Positions 57,989 to 64,000 of a DNA stretch of 64,000 nucleotides are shown here, piece by piece. Within the stretch, counting starts at the first letter, position 1. Every line of letters starts with the position of its first letter. The position numbers and the translations under genes are program-made. The DNA is from the human T2T-CHM13v2.0 reference genome, Homo sapiens. The notes beneath the pieces are model-generated. The model saw only the letters and a list, made by a program, of their open reading frames with translations. It had not been told where the DNA came from and did not search any database. The stretch lies in the NCBI RefSeq assembly GCF_009914755.1, contig NC_060946.1. The stretch is one strand, 5' to 3'.

Positions 57989-58358
57989 TACACACATACA
58001 CACACATTCACACACACATTCACATTCTCACGCACACATAGGCACTCACAGGCACTCACACACATTCACACACACACATTCACACACATGCACTCACATT
58101 CACACACATACACTCACACACATGCGCACTCACATCACACATGCACATTCACTCATGCACGCACTCACACATGCACGTTCACACACAGTCACACACATTC
58201 ACACACACATTCACACTTTCTCACTCCAGTTCACACTTTCTCACACACAGTCACACTCACATGTACTCACATTCACACACATGCACTCATACACACTCAT
58301 ACACATGCACACTCACACATTCACGCATGTACTCACACATTCACGCATGTACTCACAC
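57989..58358. repeat. Degenerate (CA)-rich low-complexity repeat (smaller one at ~57447-57517)
   Basis: cacacattcacac / acatgcactcacac iterations. Confidence 0.92.
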
Positions 58359-61110
58359 GCTCCTGGCTCTCCAGGTGCCCTCCAGGTGGCCTGCAGACCT
58401 CGGCCAGGCCTTCAGTCACATCCTGGTGGAAGACTGTGGCCGAAGCCTGGAGCCAGGCCAGGCGGGTGCCTGGACTGCCTCCCTGGGCACCACCTGATGG
58501 GGGCTGGACCCGCCCAGTTGCTTCCTCGTCAGAACCTGCCTTTCCTGCTGGGGTGAAGCCAAGGCTGTCCTCCCTGCCCCCACGGCTGCCACATGCTCCT
58601 GGCCATAAGCAGAGCTGACGGGCCCCAGATGGGAGTTGGGGCAGGCTTTGGAGGGTGGCAGGGCCCAGTGATACTGGGGGCTCTACCTTCCGGCTGGGCG
58701 CGCCCCACCTTGGCTGATGGAAGATGACCCAGTCCTGGCCAAGGCCCGGGCACTTCCTCACAGGCCCTGCACCCGGGTCCCATGTGGGACAGGGCCAGGA
58801 GTCCCCGTGGGGACAGGGTAAGCTTCCCTCAGGATGGCACGAGGTCTCAGGATGAGTTGTGGTGTCAGTCCCAGCTGAAGGGGGGCCCACCTTGTTTCTA
58901 GCTCTGGCTCTGGTGAGTCCCTTTGTGCCTCAGTTTCCCTGGATGTAAGTGACACGGCACCCACAGGGGCACTTTTGCGGACTTGGCAATGTAATCATGG
59001 CACGTGAGAGGCTGGCAGACGGCGGGGCTACCCGCTTGCTCTTCTGGTCTCCAGAACATGCTCCTTCCAGGCACAGTCCCCTTGCTCAGCCCTAGACCTG
59101 ACCCTTCTTCCAGCTTACCCGGGCACCCCAGTTCCCAGAGGAGGCCTTCTTCCTGATTACTGTACACATCCCAACACACCTCCCCTGCCCCTCACACACA
59201 TGCCCCGCACCCTGTGCCAGCTCACCCGGGCACCCCAGCTCCCCACTCTCTCTCCTCTTGAATAGACACCAGCTCTTAGAATGGCTGCAGCGGCCCTCAC
59301 AGGCCCACCAAGCACTTCCATTCTGGCTCTCCCTGGACAGCTTGGGAAGAGTTTTCTAAACGCAGAAATGAGCCCACGCCCCCTGCCCTCGGCTCTCACC
59401 AAGCCCCCTGGGCGCTCTCACAGCAGGGCCGCCACCCACCCAATGCCCACTCAAATGTGCCCTCCAAGACCTCCCTCCTTCCCTCTCCCTGCCTGGCCCC
59501 TCAAAACCCCACACCTGCTGTTGGCCCGAGACTCCCCGCAGTCCCTCCTTGCCCGGGTCCGCCATGGACCCTGGGCACAAGTATGGGGTCGCCTGCTCAT
59601 TGACAAGCCCAGGGCTCAGTCTCTGATCCTCAAAAAACCCTCAGGCAGGTGAGGCTTGGGGCAGCCAGAGGCCTCCTGCTATGGTCCCGCTCCAGGTGTC
59701 CGAGCCGGGACGGGCTCCAGGGTCCTTGCTGCCCGCTGCGGGCTCCTCTTCTGGGCCCCCCTCCGCCCACCCTTCCCTGCATCTCAGGTCTCACTGTGAC
59801 CCCTGGCAGAGGGGCACACTGCCATCTGGAGCAGAAGGTGGCCTGGCAGGGGCCTGGCTTGGCTTCTGGCCTGTGGTCACTCCTTGGCCACCTATGCCAG
59901 GGGCAGCACTGAGCCCCCCAGGACAGGCTGTCCCTGAACAGAGCGGTGAGGATGAGGGGCTCCCAGCCGCGGCCCCAAAGACTACCTGCCACCCCACCTC
60001 GCCATTCTGCTGTCCCCTCTGCCCCTGAAGCACATGGACTCTTTCTGAGACATCGGCTTTAGCGTTGCTGGCTGGGCTCCTCTGGGGGTCGCTGGCCATC
60101 AGGCTAAAGGGGTCTTGCCCACCCAGGCATGGAGAGGCCAGCCAGGGGTCTGAGGTCCATCCGAGTAGCCAGGCGCCATCTGGGAGATGACCTCCAGCCT
60201 CGGGGCCAGGCTGGGTGGGTGCTGAAGGCAGCAGGGACCTGAGTGTCTCTTGCCGTCCCTCTCAGGCCTCCTCTGGGGGTTGGGGGGCCTTTCAAGGATG
60301 GAGAGGACCGTCAGCGAGTCGTCCCGCCCCATTTTGTTCCCATCCTGATGGGAAGCTCCGGTGGGGCCCCTCGCCCTCCCGGCGGGGCCGTGACTAAAGC
60401 CCGATCCCCCTTCCGCCCCAGTCACTGGGCCTGGCTTTGTGCGCCGGGCCTTTCTTTCTCTGCCGGACCGTGGAAAAGGCGGCGTCAGCGCCGGCTTTGT
60501 CTGGCCCCGCCGCGCCGCTGTTCTCAGGGCTGGACAAAGCCGCCCGCTTCACAGCCGCCCGGGCGGATGCAGCCCATTCACTGTTTGGATAATTCGACCA
60601 CAAAAAGCGTGTGGCCCTTTCGCCTCCATCGGCGGGACTCGGCACCCCGCCCCCACGGCCTTTCAGGGCTCTCGGGAGGGAAAATTCCCACAGGTCCCAC
60701 AGGCAGGCAAGGGCCCTGGAAAGACAGCGGCTTCGGCCTCCAGCGGCCCCTGCCCAAATCCCGGTACCGGCTCTGCGGCCCGGGCGAGGGACCGATTCTC
60801 CATCGGAAAACAGGACGAGAGGCCCCCACCCCAGAGGCAGGGTCCTGGGGCCCTGAGGAGCTCTGCCCTTCCCCTCTCCCCTGGGAACCAGCGCCAGGCT
60901 CTGGGCAAGTCACTCCCTCCCTCCGGCCTCAACTTAGTTCTTAGAGCTGCAAAAACGGGGGATAAATCATGTTTGCGTCCCAGGGGGTCACAAGGCCCGG
61001 GTGGGACCACCAGTCCCAGAGCTTGGCACGTGGTGAGAATTGGAAAGCCGTCAGCCCTTCCTCCCACACCCACGGGGCTGCGCTGTGCCCCACAGGCTGC
61101 ACAGGGTGCG

Positions 61111-61575
61111 GGGCGAGTGTGTGCGGGGCGTGTGTGTGCGGGGCGTGTGTGTGAGGGGCGAGTGTGTGAGGGGCGTGTGTGTGCGGGGCGAGTGTGTGAG
61201 GGGCGAGTGTGTGCGGGGCGAGTGTGTGAGGGGCGTGTGTGTGCGGGGCGTGTGTGTGCGGGGCGTGTGTGTGCGGGGCGAGTGTGTGAGGGGCGTTTGT
61301 GTGAGGGGCGTGTGTGTGAGGGGCGAGTGTGTGCGGGGCGAGTGTGTGAGGGGCGTGTGTGTGCGGGGCGTGTGTGTGAGGGGCGAGTGTGTGAGGGGCG
61401 AGTGTGTGAGGGGCGAGTGTGTGAGGGGCGTGTGTGTGAGGGGCGTGTGTGTGAGGGGCGTGTGTGTGAGGGGCGTGTGTGTGAGGGGCGTGTGTGTGCG
61501 GGGCGAGTGTGTGCGGGGCGAGTGTGTGCGGGGCGAGTGTGTGCGGGGCGAGTGTGTGCGGGGCGTGTGTGTGCG
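61111..61575. repeat. 15-bp minisatellite, 31 units of GGGCG(A/T)GTGTGTG(C/A)G
   Basis: In-register units counted from 61111 to 61575; two variable positions; one unit reads tttgt. Confidence 0.97.
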
Positions 61576-61993
61576 GGGCAGGGAGGTGTGTTGGGATGTG
61601 TGCAGTAATCAGGCTGCCACACTGAGAAAGGGATGCACCGCTAGACCCCACGAGCAAGGGCCCTCCACGTCCTGTCAGACCTAAAACCAACTTTCGGCCC
61701 AAGACCAGCCTCATTTCTCCAGAGGATGTTGTCTGAGAAACCGCCTTCCTCCCTGCTCCGACCCCTTCCCAGCTCCCCGCACGGCCCTCGCCTCCTTCCT
61801 CCCAGGAGCTCTGGCCGCAGCCCCGGGCTCTCCCGTACCCACCGTTCTCCCAGCCCAGCGTCTGTCCTTCAGGAACGCCGCCGGCCCCACCTCCGCGGTC
61901 TCCATCGCGGGTCCCAGCACCGCCCTCCCTCTCCTGGTAGCTGCAGCAGCACCTGCCCCACGTCCCCCGGCCCCCCACAGCCTCTGCTAGAGG

Positions 61994-62084
61994 CTCACCC
62001 CGCGTCCTCACCCCGCGTCCTCACCCCGCGTCCTCACCCCGCGTCCTCACCCCGCGTCCTCACCCCGCGTCCTCACCCCGCGTC
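61994..62084. repeat. 13-bp minisatellite, 7 identical units of CTCACCCCGCGTC
   Basis: Direct count. Confidence 0.97.
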
Positions 62085-64000
62085 CTCGCGCCCTCACACC
62101 TGGCTTCATCCACCCCAGCCACAGATGTTTTCTGGGCCTCAGTCCCCCTCATCCTCTGCTGCTCCTCCCACGGCCCCCCCCACCCTGGGGCCCACTCCCT
62201 CCCCGCCTTCAGGTCTTGGCTGTGGGGACACTTCTCGGTGAGGCCCCGCTTCCACCCCATCCCTCAGGGCCCTGCCCTGCGCCAGCCCAGGGGCCCCGCA
62301 GGATGTTCACCACCGCCCAGCGCTTCCCTTCCTCTTTCGCGTTCTGTGTCTGCACTGGAGCGGCCGGCCCGGCAGGTAGGCTTTGGTCTGTCTTGTTCAC
62401 CGCGGTGGCCCAGTGCCCACACGCGCCCGCGCCCCGCGGGAAGTAGCTAAGTACTGTTGGGAGTGAGTGTGGACACCTAGTACCCCACCCCCGGGATCGG
62501 CCACACCTGTGTGCACAGCGCCCCTTCCCCACCCAGCAGCCTATCCCTGCCTGATCTGTCTCCCTCTGCCTCTCTTCCCCTCCAAGCTATGAGCCCCTGT
62601 GGCCCCCACACCAGGCCAGACACCCCAAGGGCCACCTTCAAATGTGGTCTGTGTGTGTGGAATGAACAAAGGAGCAGGCTGAGCCCGTGCCCTGGGGGAT
62701 CAGTGCCTGTAGCAACCAGAACCAGCAGAGTCCCAGCCCCACCCACCTCACCCGGACAGCCCCCCGAGGGGTGCGCCGACCGGGGTGCCTCCAGGCCTGC
62801 CGTGACTCTCTTGACTGAAGTGGGCAACAACCCCTCCATCTCCTTGGCCACACCCGGGCCCCGGGCACTCTCAAGCCCCCATCTCTGCACCCCTCGGTGT
62901 GGTCACGCTGCTCCCCGGGCCATGCAGACAGCCATTTGCAGGGACCCTCTCTGGAAGGAGAAGGGCTGGCCCAGAGCCCCAAGACCTGAACACCCCAGAC
63001 CCTCGCCCACACGCAGCAGCCTCTGGAGAGAGCTCCTGCCCAGCCCGGGGCATCCCTGTTCAGGTGGCCCTCTGGCGTCTTGGTAGCGGCTGCCTGGAGC
63101 TGCTTTACTGGGAACACCTAAGCCCTGCGGAACCGATTCTCCCCCCTGCTCCCGGGCTTCCCTGTCTGGGCAGGGCCCTGGGCTGCGGGGGCCGCCTCAG
63201 GAGGCCTTGGCAGCTGTGGTCTGGGGCTGTGGTGAGCAGGCTGGGGCCCCACTGGGGCCTGGCTGGGACGTGTGAGCAGCCTCTGGCCTGGCAGGTCCCC
63301 TCCTGCCTCATGTGCTCAAGGCCCTGGGGAATCAGCTCCTGACAACATGAGAAGGGGCATCCTGCAGGTCAGTCACCCCATTTTACAAGTGGGGAAACTG
63401 AGGCGGAGGAGGGGACCTGCTGGAGGCTGAACAGGAAGGAAGCAGCACTGTGAGGCTGAGAAGCCTGGCAACTGCCCATAGACCAGACCCCTCTGCTGGG
63501 CCAGGCTATGCCAACCCCTGGAAGCCCTCTCAGTGCAACTGCTTTTAGTGCACGGATCACTCGGTGATTCCCAAACAGTGTCCCACGGAACCCCATGAGA
63601 TAGGACATGCCTGACCACAGAAGGGCTCGGGGGCCAGGGAGGACAGGAGATGCCACGTGAGGCATCAAGCCATGGCATGAAGCCAGTGGCATTTCAGGCT
63701 GGTAAGAGAAGTGGCGTTGGAACCAGATATCCTGGGGAGCCACCTCCGGCCAGGGCCCTGTGGCCCCTTCCCCACATGCAGCACCCGCACACCCTATGCC
63801 CCCGGCCTTGCCCACCAGGCAGGCATGGCTAGACATGGGTTCAGTCTCTGTTCCACCCTGGCTCAACCTGGGTGAGGCACCTGCTGACCCAGAGCCTGTT
63901 TCCCCACTTGTGTCTCAGGGGACTAAGACCCACCCACCGCCTCAGACTGTGTGTGGCTATAAGCCAGTGAAAAAGCCCACATGTCCTCCTGGGGCCTACC

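Noticed and set aside
57933-58618. His/Thr-rich 207-aa and 176-aa ORFs
   Set aside because: Artefact of (CA)-rich low-complexity DNA.
60439-62011. Long ORFs with (GRVCA/E)n, (HTRPA/S)n and (APHTH/L)n repeats
   Set aside because: Translations of the 15-bp minisatellite, open in several frames on both strands; no splice or coding evidence.
61111-62084. CRISPR-like arrays
   Set aside because: Head-to-tail tandem repeats without unique spacers, in a human genome with no cas genes.

Overview
Human genomic DNA, not microbial: it is dense in Alu/L1/L2/MIR/LTR repeats and contains an AluYb8, an essentially human-specific subfamily. The window holds the 3' end of ATXN10 on the + strand. It opens in the long penultimate intron, then has a 188-bp coding exon (13688-13875), a 490-bp intron, and a last exon whose first three bases are the TGA stop (14366-14368), followed by a ~1.6-kb 3'UTR with several AATAAA signals. 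From recall, not shown by the sequence, this is chr22q13.31, and the intergenic DNA runs toward WNT7B, which is outside the window. Downstream lie an AT-rich repeat zone (MER2, MST, MLT1, L1M, a 5'-deleted ERVL/MLT2 provirus, and a young 5'-truncated L1 with TSD and a short 3' transduction), a MER20B-derived CTCF site, an orphan CpG island (~36.9-38.7 kb), an Alu-riddled old L1 (41-47 kb), and then a GC-rich zone with enhancer/promoter-like motif clusters and two minisatellites. I see no other protein-coding gene and no new 'system' in the gene-cluster sense. The most interesting unexplained structures are three local templated-copy events: an inverted 192-bp copy of an LTR end plus its flank, a 63-bp copy of nearby L1 sequence inside an Alu, and an inverted one-unit 'pre-expansion' copy of a 31-unit VNTR. 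Repeat-family calls come from recalled consensus sequences, and repeat boundaries are approximate.
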